A stretch of 64,000 nucleotides of DNA from Candidatus Atabeyarchaeum deiterrae (GCA_037310415.1 CP147780.1:160001-224000); one strand, 5' to 3'. Positions 48,918-57,762 are shown, counted from the stretch's first letter. The notes: generated by a model from the letters alone, not told the origin. Translations and numbers: made by a program.

Positions 48918-48939
48918 TCTCCTCGGGCGCCGCCAACCT

Positions 48940-49623
48940 TCAATTTGCGAGATGAGGCGTGCCATCCACTATCCTAGAGATTCTCCTCCTCCAGTCTAGC
49001 GCCTTGACTGCTACTACCCTGGATCTGTCATTGTCCAAAGGAATGCCCTGAGGGTGGGTGTGTAGCATCTCCATTACCTCGCACGTCTCAATGTGTATGG
49101 GGTCAAATCCTTCAAGCGTCCTGATCAGAGTCTCCCTGATAATGCCAATCGTCGGGTATATAATGCCAACGAGTGTTTTTGATAAGATACTGTCTATGGC
49201 TTTGTCCAACTTCATTTCGACTTTTATTATTTCGAATAGTCTTCCCTTTTCCGTTTCATCCATTTTCTTTACTTTCTCCGTCAGGGTCTTTATTCTCTCC
49301 TTGTACTCGGCGAGTTGGTGTTGCGGTTCTTCGGGTTCGTCTGAGCATACCATCAGCTCGATTCCACCGCTCGAAGTTGTGAAGAGCTTTACCAGAAGTT
49401 GCCGATCTGAGGCTGTTTTTGAGGATATGATCGCCTCGCCTACAAAAGAAGATCGATCACCAGTTACTGTCCCTACATTCTCATAGCACCTGCTTCTAAT
49501 CGACGTCACGGAATGATAGGTGATTGCGAAAATACATTGCGCACCAAGATCATCAATCGGGAAAACCTCAGTTTTGCAGGCGAACCCAGACGTGATCCTA
49601 TTCCAATCAGGAGCCTCCGACAC
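48940..49623 (-). CDS. Hypothetical protein (alpha/beta N-domain plus helical C-domain)
   Basis: 227-aa ORF with GAGGAG SD, downstream of SepSecS, convergent on tRNA-Sec. Confidence 0.7.
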   Translation of the reverse strand: MSEAPDWNRITSGFACKTEVFPIDDLGAQCIFAITYHSVTSIRSRCYENVGTVTGDRSSFVGEAIISSKTASDRQLLVKLFTTSSGGIELMVCSDEPEEPQHQLAEYKERIKTLTEKVKKMDETEKGRLFEIIKVEMKLDKAIDSILSKTLVGIIYPTIGIIRETLIRTLEGFDPIHIETCEVMEMLHTHPQGIPLDNDRSRVVAVKALDWRRRISRIVDGTPHLAN

Positions 49624-49690
49624 GATCTTCCACTCCTCTCTATTCCTGTTGAATGAGGAAATGCAATTCGCGTGAAATCAGTAATTGATG

Positions 49691-51082
49691 TCACGTGCTT
49701 TTTCCCTGGATCTTCTTCTTCAAAGTCTGATTTATCCCTTGCCTCAGCTTTTCTACTGCCAATGTTATGTCATTTTCTTGTGATCCTATGGCAGCATTCA
49801 TCACTACATACTGGCACGGGTAATTGTTGCAGCAGGAACCCCAATTCCCCGCTGGAACCACTCTTGGTCCGCTCAACCTCAAAGAGTATAAGATCCCTCC
49901 GAGAACACTCGGATCGACCCTGGAAATCGTCATCGCACTCGCGATGGGGTTATTAGTGTTAAGAAGGCGTTCTCCAAGAGAGTCAGCCATCTCTGCAAGG
50001 AGTTTCTGAAGAAGCTTCTTGTTTAACTGCTGAATATCACGGAGTTTCTCATATTTGTCGATTCCAAGCGAGAGGATGGCGGCTAAGAACTGGTAGATAG
50101 GAGCAGAAGAAGCCCGTCCCGCATAATGTGATGCCACTTTCTCAACAAATTTCTCATCTGGGGATGCCACAATTGCTCCTCCGACAGGTGTTAAGAAGTT
50201 CTTGTCCGTACTCTGTATTACCGCATCTACTCGTCCAGCATTCATTGCGAGATTGATTTCTCGCATGATTTCTCTGCTCTGCACTCCATATGCGTTGTTT
50301 ATAACGTGGAAGATATTCTTCTCCGAGGCAATCCTAGCGATCTCCTTGATGGAGTCCTGTTCTCTTGGCGGGAAGAAAGTTGTCGTAGAGAGAATTGCAC
50401 AGCACTGATCGTCGATGGCTTTAGTTACATCTTCTGGCGGGACGCGCACGGCGTCTCCATAAACTTTTCCTTCAACAGTTCTGGGTTTCATGTTCACAAG
50501 GCTCAAGGCTTTCAGAGGTGAGTCATGGTCTATTCTTGGATATACCACAACGTTTTGTCCTCCGTTGGTCGAGTCTCTCACCGTTGCCAAGGTAAGTGCT
50601 ATTGACATGCCAGTAGCCATGGGAATCACAATGGCTGACTTAAGATTAGGAGCACCAAACCTCTTCATTGCATCCAAGGCCAAGATATTCGACAACTCGT
50701 AGAGAACTGACGCACCAGGAGCCTTCGGCTGTGGAGCCAAGAGTGCACCACTTCGTCCAACGCCGTGACAGAACCCTGACGCCAACTCGGAGGTCAGGGG
50801 CGAAGCGACTCTCGCTTCTCGTTCGCCCACTCGCACATTCTCGAGATCCTTATCAACGTCCATCATTGATAGAAGCTTGAGAAAGAAGGCGATGATATCA
50901 TCGCCCCAGCCTGACTTCGGAATTCTCCTTTGTTGAAGAAGTTCTCTAACGAGGTCAAGTTGCGTATTAAGGGCCATGAATGAGCGTTTCAGCATGTTTT
51001 GAGGTATGAGCCCCTTAAGGTAATCCTCAAACTTGTCCAAATCAGGTACCTCAGTTGACCTTTCTATACTAATAGTTCCCAT
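49691..51082 (-). CDS. spcS: O-phosphoseryl-tRNA(Sec) selenium transferase (SepSecS)
   Basis: MDVDK, VGEREARV, FCHGVGRSG..LAPQPKAPG, PMATGMS, NNAYG, QSTDKNF PLP-Lys motif, YAGRAS. Confidence 0.95.
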   Translation of the reverse strand: MGTISIERSTEVPDLDKFEDYLKGLIPQNMLKRSFMALNTQLDLVRELLQQRRIPKSGWGDDIIAFFLKLLSMMDVDKDLENVRVGEREARVASPLTSELASGFCHGVGRSGALLAPQPKAPGASVLYELSNILALDAMKRFGAPNLKSAIVIPMATGMSIALTLATVRDSTNGGQNVVVYPRIDHDSPLKALSLVNMKPRTVEGKVYGDAVRVPPEDVTKAIDDQCCAILSTTTFFPPREQDSIKEIARIASEKNIFHVINNAYGVQSREIMREINLAMNAGRVDAVIQSTDKNFLTPVGGAIVASPDEKFVEKVASHYAGRASSAPIYQFLAAILSLGIDKYEKLRDIQQLNKKLLQKLLAEMADSLGERLLNTNNPIASAMTISRVDPSVLGGILYSLRLSGPRVVPAGNWGSCCNNYPCQYVVMNAAIGSQENDITLAVEKLRQGINQTLKKKIQGKST

Positions 51083-51115
51083 CTAACTGAAAGTCAGTCT
51101 CTAAGATAATGATCT

Positions 51116-52504
51116 TCAACCTAAAATCAATTCCCGATAGCGCTTCAGTGACACTTTCTCTCCAAGGTTAGGCATCTCACCAAACTCAGCCACTACCAGC
51201 CCCCTCGTTCCGAAAGTTGAAGATACTATGCCTTTGACACCCCTTTCGGTGGTGATTCCCTCTCCTATGATCCTTTCTCCTCCGATCTTGCTCTTTGACA
51301 GACCTCCGATCAGTACGCTCCCCGCACGAAGGACCCTGGCAACGATACCAGTTTTCTCATCAAAGATACACAGTTGAGGCTGCGAGGGCAATCTTTCCAA
51401 GACAATGCCACTAGCGGCTATCCTTAGGGCTGTCGGCGACAAACTCAGCAATGAAAGCAGAATCTTATCTCCAGGCTCAGCGATTATTGGTTGCCGCGGT
51501 CTCAGATACATCTGGAACTCAACACCCCCCTGCGCAGACGTGATCATTTCCTTGTTCTCTTCAGACCGGTAAGGGTATACTTCTGCTTGAACCGATGACA
51601 TACCTACAGTCATATGCATGGCCAGTCCTGGTTTTACCTCGCGGTTGAAGAACCTGTTGATCTTAGCTTTGGCTATTATGTGACTAGTTGGCTTCAGGGA
51701 ACCAAGTAGACAAGCGTAGTATCCTCTGTGAACGGCTCTGTGATCAACGCCTTGCAGCGCCATGCCAACCCGATCACCAGCTTCAGCCATTTTCCTTGGT
51801 TCTTTAAATGTTTGAATCGATTTCACGCGGCTCCTGATGTTTGCAGGCGATATCTCAACCTCCTCATCCACCCTTATCGTTCCACGAACAATTGTACCTG
51901 TCACGACTGTTCCAACACCCTTTATTGGAAAAGCATGGTCTATGACCATTCTGAACTTGCCCAGAGGATCTCTTTTCGGAATAGTTAGTATCGACAAAAG
52001 AAGATCTTTCAGCTCTGAAATCCCTGAGCTTCTCAGAGACGAAACAGGCGCGATAGGTGCATTTCTGAACCTGGAATCAGATAGTATGTTTTGGATTGAT
52101 TCTTTGACTGCGGTCACCTTTGTTTCATTTACGAGGTCAATTTTAGTCAAAGCAACTAGTACACTCTGTATTTCCAAGCTCTCTAATAGGACCAAGTGTT
52201 CACCCGTCTGTGTCTGAGGGCCTTGCGTTGCAGACACAACAAGTATTGCAGAGTCGATTATACTCGCACCACTCACTGCGGTTCTTATCAGGTCTGCATG
52301 TCCCGGAACGTCCACTAGGGTTACCAAGTAATTGGCCAACGTGAATGCTGTGAAGCCTATGTCGATGCTCATTTGCCTTCTCTTTGCTTCTGGATGTCTA
52401 TCCAAACCGGCAGTCGAGACTTTCTCGCTTAGTGCTCTCGCTAGTTCGGTTTTACCATGATCAACGTGACCGAACAGTCCCACGTGTACGGAGGTTAATC
52501 CCAG
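51116..52504 (-). CDS. selB: Selenocysteine-specific elongation factor, archaeal type
   Basis: GHVDHGKT, SIDIGF, DVPGH, TKID, DHAFPIKGVGTVVTG, AGDRVG; start extended to CTG at 52504 (see findings). Confidence 0.93.
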   Translation of the reverse strand: MGLTSVHVGLFGHVDHGKTELARALSEKVSTAGLDRHPEAKRRQMSIDIGFTAFTLANYLVTLVDVPGHADLIRTAVSGASIIDSAILVVSATQGPQTQTGEHLVLLESLEIQSVLVALTKIDLVNETKVTAVKESIQNILSDSRFRNAPIAPVSSLRSSGISELKDLLLSILTIPKRDPLGKFRMVIDHAFPIKGVGTVVTGTIVRGTIRVDEEVEISPANIRSRVKSIQTFKEPRKMAEAGDRVGMALQGVDHRAVHRGYYACLLGSLKPTSHIIAKAKINRFFNREVKPGLAMHMTVGMSSVQAEVYPYRSEENKEMITSAQGGVEFQMYLRPRQPIIAEPGDKILLSLLSLSPTALRIAASGIVLERLPSQPQLCIFDEKTGIVARVLRAGSVLIGGLSKSKIGGERIIGEGITTERGVKGIVSSTFGTRGLVVAEFGEMPNLGEKVSLKRYRELILG

Positions 52505-52540
52505 ATTGTTTTCCCTCCTCGACTACGAGTTTGGTCTTGC

Positions 52541-53641
52541 TCAATGGAAATCGGAGGAAGATACTGACTTTAGAACTTGCTTATAGTAATTCGGTACCCT
52601 TGTCAGCGTTACCTGGTAAGTTTTGCCCCTAGCGTCATTGACTTCCTCCAAGTTACCTTCGACGAGTACTTTCTCTCCCACATCTGCTTGTCCTCTAAAC
52701 TCCTCAACAAACGAATTGATTTTTTCTATGGGACCATAGTGTGGTCCACTGATGAGTTTTATCACTTCAATAGTGTAGATTGATGGAATGAAAAATGAAT
52801 CTGAGTCATCCAGAATCTCAGCAATTGCTCTTACCCAACCTACACTCCTAATCCGAGCGCCTGAGCCATATTCTTCGTTGATTTCACTCCATCCCCTTAC
52901 AGGTTCAAATTCTACCTTAAAGTCTCTCCCAACGTTAGGTGGCTTGTATATCGAATATATCATCTTTTGTTTTGATCGTTCGCAGAACTCTTTCAGGGAA
53001 ATATCTCTGAAGAACCAGTGTCTACCTTCTGCCCATTCCGTCCAATAGTCAAATTCGTTAATAAGATTCAGGCTCTGGTCGCGGTATATTTCTCTTAACG
53101 TGTCTCTCAGAATCTTGGTGGCCTTTCTCCCATAGATTACGAGGTCGATGTCGCTAAAGTCAACGTGATAGAAGTCATGTAGCATTGATCCGAATACACC
53201 GAAATCTGATACATGGAGACTAGAGTGCTCAGTGAGGATGTCCAAGACATCTTGTAAGGAATGCAGCAACTTATCCCCGTGTATCTGGCTTCTTTCTAGA
53301 AGTGAGACGAGTTTTTCTTCGGGTTTTCGCAATTCTGTTATTTGGTCTGATGTTAGTCCAACCAGTCTTCTCTGAAGTGGTTCGTAGTTCAATTGATACT
53401 GAGGGTAGTTCTTCGCTACGAATCTGAGACCACCATCTACAAAAAACTTGTAGTAGTTCCCCGACGATGACTTGCGAATAGAACGAGGATCGTCCGTGCG
53501 ATAGATTTCCTCTGGGGCATATTCAACGTCACATACACATCCTTTTGGAGGATGTTGGTACCCATAAACTCGGAATATGAGCCCTTCTTTCGTAACAGGG
53601 GAGTCTCTATCTCTCACTCTAAAGTTTTTCCGTCTGACCAT
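52541..53641 (-). CDS. Pol-beta superfamily nucleotidyltransferase (paralog of 42324-43481)
   Basis: RDRD...EGLIFRVYGYQHP, GVFGS...SDIDLVIYG, EFRGQA...VEGNLEEV. Confidence 0.8.
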   Translation of the reverse strand: MVRRKNFRVRDRDSPVTKEGLIFRVYGYQHPPKGCVCDVEYAPEEIYRTDDPRSIRKSSSGNYYKFFVDGGLRFVAKNYPQYQLNYEPLQRRLVGLTSDQITELRKPEEKLVSLLERSQIHGDKLLHSLQDVLDILTEHSSLHVSDFGVFGSMLHDFYHVDFSDIDLVIYGRKATKILRDTLREIYRDQSLNLINEFDYWTEWAEGRHWFFRDISLKEFCERSKQKMIYSIYKPPNVGRDFKVEFEPVRGWSEINEEYGSGARIRSVGWVRAIAEILDDSDSFFIPSIYTIEVIKLISGPHYGPIEKINSFVEEFRGQADVGEKVLVEGNLEEVNDARGKTYQVTLTRVPNYYKQVLKSVSSSDFH

Positions 53642-53664
53642 CTTCGATTGGATCTCGATAATTG

Positions 53665-54060
53665 CTACTCCCCTTCAAATCCATTTGATTCAATTCTTCT
53701 GAGGATCTTTGGTTTGGGAGCATTCATCGCGTCGATGACCATTCTCAGGTAGTTTTCCTGCTTACTCGTATTATACAATACTGTCGCAGATCTGGGGGCG
53801 ATTCTCTCTACTGGGACACCAGAGTTGTCTGGCTTCAGCTTACCCTTTGCATAAACAGCATAGACGCATCTCGATCCTTTGAATGAGTCGTCAACCCCCT
53901 CGTAAAGCATCTTCGATGGGTTGCGATTCCCCATGCTCTCAGGCATTTTTCTTTGACCGCATCGACAAAACCCGCAGAAAGGGACACATAACTCGTCTTT
54001 CTGATCCAAGTTCAACCCCACCTGGTTCCCTCGGCCCTTCAAGCTGGGGTCGCTTTCCAT
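53665..54060 (-). CDS. Hypothetical Cys-containing protein, possibly degenerate
   Basis: CVPFCGFCRCGQR N-terminal cluster; later positions look eroded. Confidence 0.45.
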   Translation of the reverse strand: MESDPSLKGRGNQVGLNLDQKDELCVPFCGFCRCGQRKMPESMGNRNPSKMLYEGVDDSFKGSRCVYAVYAKGKLKPDNSGVPVERIAPRSATVLYNTSKQENYLRMVIDAMNAPKPKILRRIESNGFEGE

Positions 54061-54135
54061 GCAGATTCGAGGCTAGCTACTTTTCGCTAATAATATAGGT
54101 TTTTCTAACACCAGAAAAACACGCAACGACTGTGA

Positions 54136-54864
54136 TCATTTTGTCGGCAAGAGAAACTTCTTGAGAAAGTCAACCCCAAACTCTGTGACCATTAGTCTGT
54201 CTTCAAGTTTCTTTTTCTCTTCAGTGTAGTCCTTGTCAGGAAGTTCTCCAACTGCCTGCTTCGCTGACAGAATATCTAGTCGCTTCTTAACAGAGTTTCT
54301 TTCAATGCCTAGGAGATTGACCCACTCCTTGAGGTTGTTGGTGTCAGTAATTATCATGTTTTCAAGGTCCCGCTTTTTCAGCTGGTACTCTCTGCTTAGA
54401 GATTTGTAGGCTTCGTCAGTGATCTGCTTCGCTGATCGCAATTTCTCCAGTTTGCCGATTTTCTCTCTGAGTTCGTCTAGCTGTGTCTTGTCTTGTTCAA
54501 ATGGGAATGCCTTCTTCTTGTCTTCGAGCTGGGTTCTCTGCTCTTTGAGCGATGTGTTCTCATCTCTTATCTTCGTTATGCGTTCCTTGTATTCGCTTGG
54601 CGGAATGTCAGCATTTTTCAGTAGGGAATCCATCTCAGCAACTTCTTCCTTGAAAGCTTTCTGTTTACTTTCAATCGATCCAAGCTGAACTCGGATGTCG
54701 ATCTGCTCAAGCACATCCTCTGGAACTGCTGATTGCGCAGAAGTCTCTTCCTCAAATCCGGGTGCTGAGGATTTTCCTTTAATCAAACGACCACAGTACC
54801 TACAGAAGTTCTCATTTCCCTTGACCGGAGTCCCGCAGTACGGGCAAGAAAGTCTAGTCTCCAA
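54136..54864 (-). CDS. Zinc-ribbon plus coiled-coil protein (CdvA-like coiled coil)
   Basis: CPYC...FCRYC then long heptad region with LEKLRSAKQITDEAY and AVGELPDKDY helical-hairpin motifs. Confidence 0.65.
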   Translation of the reverse strand: METRLSCPYCGTPVKGNENFCRYCGRLIKGKSSAPGFEEETSAQSAVPEDVLEQIDIRVQLGSIESKQKAFKEEVAEMDSLLKNADIPPSEYKERITKIRDENTSLKEQRTQLEDKKKAFPFEQDKTQLDELREKIGKLEKLRSAKQITDEAYKSLSREYQLKKRDLENMIITDTNNLKEWVNLLGIERNSVKKRLDILSAKQAVGELPDKDYTEEKKKLEDRLMVTEFGVDFLKKFLLPTK

Positions 54865-55027
54865 TTGGCAACACCAAGTCCGAACTCTCCTAAGTTCCAT
54901 ATTAGTCCAAATCTGTGAATAAGGATAACGGTGTTCTCAACACTCAAGACAACTATAAGTAAAATTTTTGATCCATCTTAGTAAACGGACTTACTTCACG
55001 TATCTCAAGTAGGTCGATCAGTATAAG

Positions 55028-55354
55028 CTACTTCATAACGCTCCTGACCTGCGAAATGGCCTTCTCAAACGAATCTTTGTCTTTCACTATAGGCAAGTCG
55101 AAGTACGATGCTAATCCTTCCACGATCTCTTTAATCAAGTACATTATGGCATCTTTTGAGCTCAGTTCCTTTTTGTCGATTGTCCCATCAGGAGTTATGA
55201 AGGACACTTCTAACCACTTGTCTCCCGAAGGGTTAGTCGGAAACATTGTGTAGACGTAGTCCTCTGTGAACGTTATTATACTTGGAGGAGATCCGTATGC
55301 CTTCTGTAGAATGTTCAACATCTCTTGAGCGTTCTTGGATTTGTCTGTCGGCAT
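55028..55354 (-). CDS. Hypothetical protein
   Basis: 108-aa ORF with GGGAG SD and upstream TTTATAAA. Confidence 0.7.
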   Translation of the reverse strand: MPTDKSKNAQEMLNILQKAYGSPPSIITFTEDYVYTMFPTNPSGDKWLEVSFITPDGTIDKKELSSKDAIMYLIKEIVEGLASYFDLPIVKDKDSFEKAISQVRSVMK

Positions 55355-55529
55355 TTCAACAACACTCCCCGATTATGCAGCTGTCATATCCTCTTTGGCG
55401 TTTCATTCTTACCTTGCACTATGATTTCCTAGTAGCACAGATGCTATTTATAAATAGTCATAAAGAAGGCGCTCGGCGAAATGGAGCTTGAGAGATTCGT
55501 AAACCAACTAATCCGTTTCGAAGGTAAGT

Positions 55530-56162
55530 CTACATTTTCCTCCACTCAAAAATCAGATAGTTCACAATGCCTGAGGGAGGAATCGTTGCTATTATGAACT
55601 TCTTTCTCACCGTGGTTGCCAGTCTTCCTGCTCTCACTGTTTCTATTGGGTTGATTGTCGTGCCTTTTGGTAGAGCATGGACTATGAAGGGTGCGTGATC
55701 TATTCCTGGACCGTGCTGGTAGACTCCAAAGTCTGCACCGAACTTCAGTCCCGGTCTAACCACATAGCCTCTTTCCCTAAGATCTTTGTAGACAACGTAT
55801 TTATCATCAAATTCGAAGTAGACTTTTGTTGCATAATCCTGCAGCTCTCGGGCAGTCATCTGATTCTTTGTCTTGCTGTTTATCAGTTTTATTCTCTCTT
55901 TCTCGAGCAGGTAGAGAGCTTCAAGAAGTGAGAGCTCGACTGGGCACGTAAAGTCGAATGTCTTCGGCTTTCTTATTGAGATCGGCTGTCCGTAATAACC
56001 TTCCTTGTAGAGTTTTGATCCTTCTTTTGGATTCCACACTACGATGTGTGCCCCAATCAATTCGGCGGTAACCGGCTCGGTAAGCGCTTTCTCCTTCGAG
56101 ACTTTCTGCGCATCTTCCTTGGACAAATCACCGTGCCAAGATGTTTCGGTTGATCCTGTCAT
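55530..56162 (-). CDS. endA: tRNA-splicing endonuclease, catalytic subunit
   Basis: LSLLEALYL, YVVYKDLRERGY, GLKFGADFGVY..GPGIDHA, VRK (catalytic Tyr/His/Lys); start uncertain. Confidence 0.93.
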   Translation of the reverse strand: MTGSTETSWHGDLSKEDAQKVSKEKALTEPVTAELIGAHIVVWNPKEGSKLYKEGYYGQPISIRKPKTFDFTCPVELSLLEALYLLEKERIKLINSKTKNQMTARELQDYATKVYFEFDDKYVVYKDLRERGYVVRPGLKFGADFGVYQHGPGIDHAPFIVHALPKGTTINPIETVRAGRLATTVRKKFIIATIPPSGIVNYLIFEWRKM

Positions 56163-56242
56163 TAGACTGTCACCAATATATTGGCTAGTGTAGATACCCT
56201 GATCTGCCATATGCCCTGAGATAGTTGGAGTGGGATTTCGCC

Positions 56243-56920
56243 TCATTTGCTTCTTGACATCGCAACTATTCGTATCGCGTCTGCTGCCCGTTCAGCCGTA
56301 TCTGCCATCTCTTCAAAATGAGCTATTAATTCTTTCAGCATTATGAGGGTTCTCGGTTCCATCTTCGACATGTAAGAGGAACGACCTATTCGTCTCTGTA
56401 CTATGTCCGCCTCTTTTTCAAGAGCATCAACTTCATCTGCCAGTTCTATAGCCTTGCTGGGGTTCTGTGTTAACATGAATATTGAAAGCCGAAGTTTATC
56501 CGTAGCCATGATGAGTTTCTCCACGAGCAATTGCATCTCTTTTCTCAAGTTTATGTCTGGCTTCCAATCTTGAATGGCTAGAATGCGAAATCCGGTGCCT
56601 TCAGCCACGTCGGCTATTTCATCAACCACAAGCGCTAGCCGCATTAGGTCTTCTCGGTTAACCATAGTGGTTGCCTTTGATAGTTGGTCAAGCAATTCAT
56701 GCTTCAGTTCGTTGGCATCACTCTCAATTCTTGATATTCTGTCAAGCCTCTCTTCAGCCTCCTTGTAGTCGCCCTCAACCCAGTCATCGTATAGGAGGCT
56801 GAGCTCTTTGACAACCGAAACAATTTTGCGGCAGTGATCCTGAGCAATGTCAATAGCTTTTTGCTCTGCTGAAGCATCATAAGGATCAATTGTCGACGTA
56901 GCTAGCTCCACCTCAATCAA
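56243..56920 (-). CDS. DUF47/PhoU-like phosphate transport regulator
   Basis: IESDANELK, REDLMRL...DEIAD, LEKEADIV, EEMADTAE repeats. Confidence 0.85.
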   Translation of the reverse strand: MIEVELATSTIDPYDASAEQKAIDIAQDHCRKIVSVVKELSLLYDDWVEGDYKEAEERLDRISRIESDANELKHELLDQLSKATTMVNREDLMRLALVVDEIADVAEGTGFRILAIQDWKPDINLRKEMQLLVEKLIMATDKLRLSIFMLTQNPSKAIELADEVDALEKEADIVQRRIGRSSYMSKMEPRTLIMLKELIAHFEEMADTAERAADAIRIVAMSRSK

Positions 56921-56997
56921 TCTAAGTTAAAATAACAGCATAACATGGACACTTAATAATTTGTCGCTCACCGAGACGTGTTCATTGAATCAGCTAT

Positions 56998-57762
56998 TCA
57001 CGTTTTCCAGAGATATTCAAAGTAGTTGTTTGCGATGACTGCTAGTCCGATATGCTTAGCCCAGATCCCTATGTTAATCACGTTATCTCCTTTTGTAGTC
57101 TGCTCAGTGAGTATAATCATGGCTTCACGCCCATCAATGATCGCTCCACCTCCATATAGAGATTCTCGAACCCGCGTTTCTGCAAGTTCGCTTAGTCTTG
57201 AAATGGTTCTTGAATCAATCTTTGACGTGAGCAACCTTACTTTCACATTTGATGATCTCAATCTGCCCAAAACTGGGAAAAACACTGAGAATTCCCTATT
57301 TCCAAAGTTCGGCAGTGCTAGCAAAATGTACTTCTCAGCTTTCTGAATACTTTCCTCTATCTTCTTCAGCACGTTATCTTCGCCGTAAAGAATATAAACC
57401 TCAGGTCTCTCAGACTTGCCGCCCCGCTCATAGACGGGTTGAAGATCAGCTATCACTTCCTTTTCCAACTCTTCGATTCGTCCCTGAATTTCGAGTTTTG
57501 CAGCGCGAACGGCTCCAAGAGGTGGTTTGGGCGCATACTTGGTTGGTTTGGATTTCTGGGATTCTATCCAGCCTTTCCTCTCAAGTCTGCCTAGAACATC
57601 GTAAATCCTGCTGTATGGAACTTCAGTTAGTTGACTCAACTCGATCGCTGTTGTAGTTCCTTTGCTAACCAAGGCTATGTAGATTCTTGACTCGTACTCC
57701 GTTAAGCCAAGCTCATGCAGAGCACCGTAGACTCTTGAGTCAAAGCTGAATTCGATCCCCAT
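56998..57762 (-). CDS. TrmB family transcriptional regulator
   Basis: LGLTEYESRIY...VPYSRIYDVL..LERKGWI...PTKY. Confidence 0.9.
   Translation of the reverse strand: MGIEFSFDSRVYGALHELGLTEYESRIYIALVSKGTTTAIELSQLTEVPYSRIYDVLGRLERKGWIESQKSKPTKYAPKPPLGAVRAAKLEIQGRIEELEKEVIADLQPVYERGGKSERPEVYILYGEDNVLKKIEESIQKAEKYILLALPNFGNREFSVFFPVLGRLRSSNVKVRLLTSKIDSRTISRLSELAETRVRESLYGGGAIIDGREAMIILTEQTTKGDNVINIGIWAKHIGLAVIANNYFEYLWKT

Larger units (their letters stand above)
48757..48935 (+). tRNA. selC: tRNA-Sec (UCA) containing three introns
   Basis: 9-bp acceptor GGCGCCCGA/TCGGGCGCC + GCCA; anticodon arm ACTGGA-CTTCAAA-TCCGGT (TCA at 48832-48834); 4-bp T stem GGAG/CTCC; splicing restores D-loop TGGT, variable arm ACACCA-GAAA-TGGTGT and T-loop TTCGATT (92 nt). 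Confidence 0.92.

Noticed and set aside
48648-48999. Short ORFs on both strands over the tRNA-Sec locus
   Set aside because: Spurious translations across a structured RNA gene; no protein motifs.
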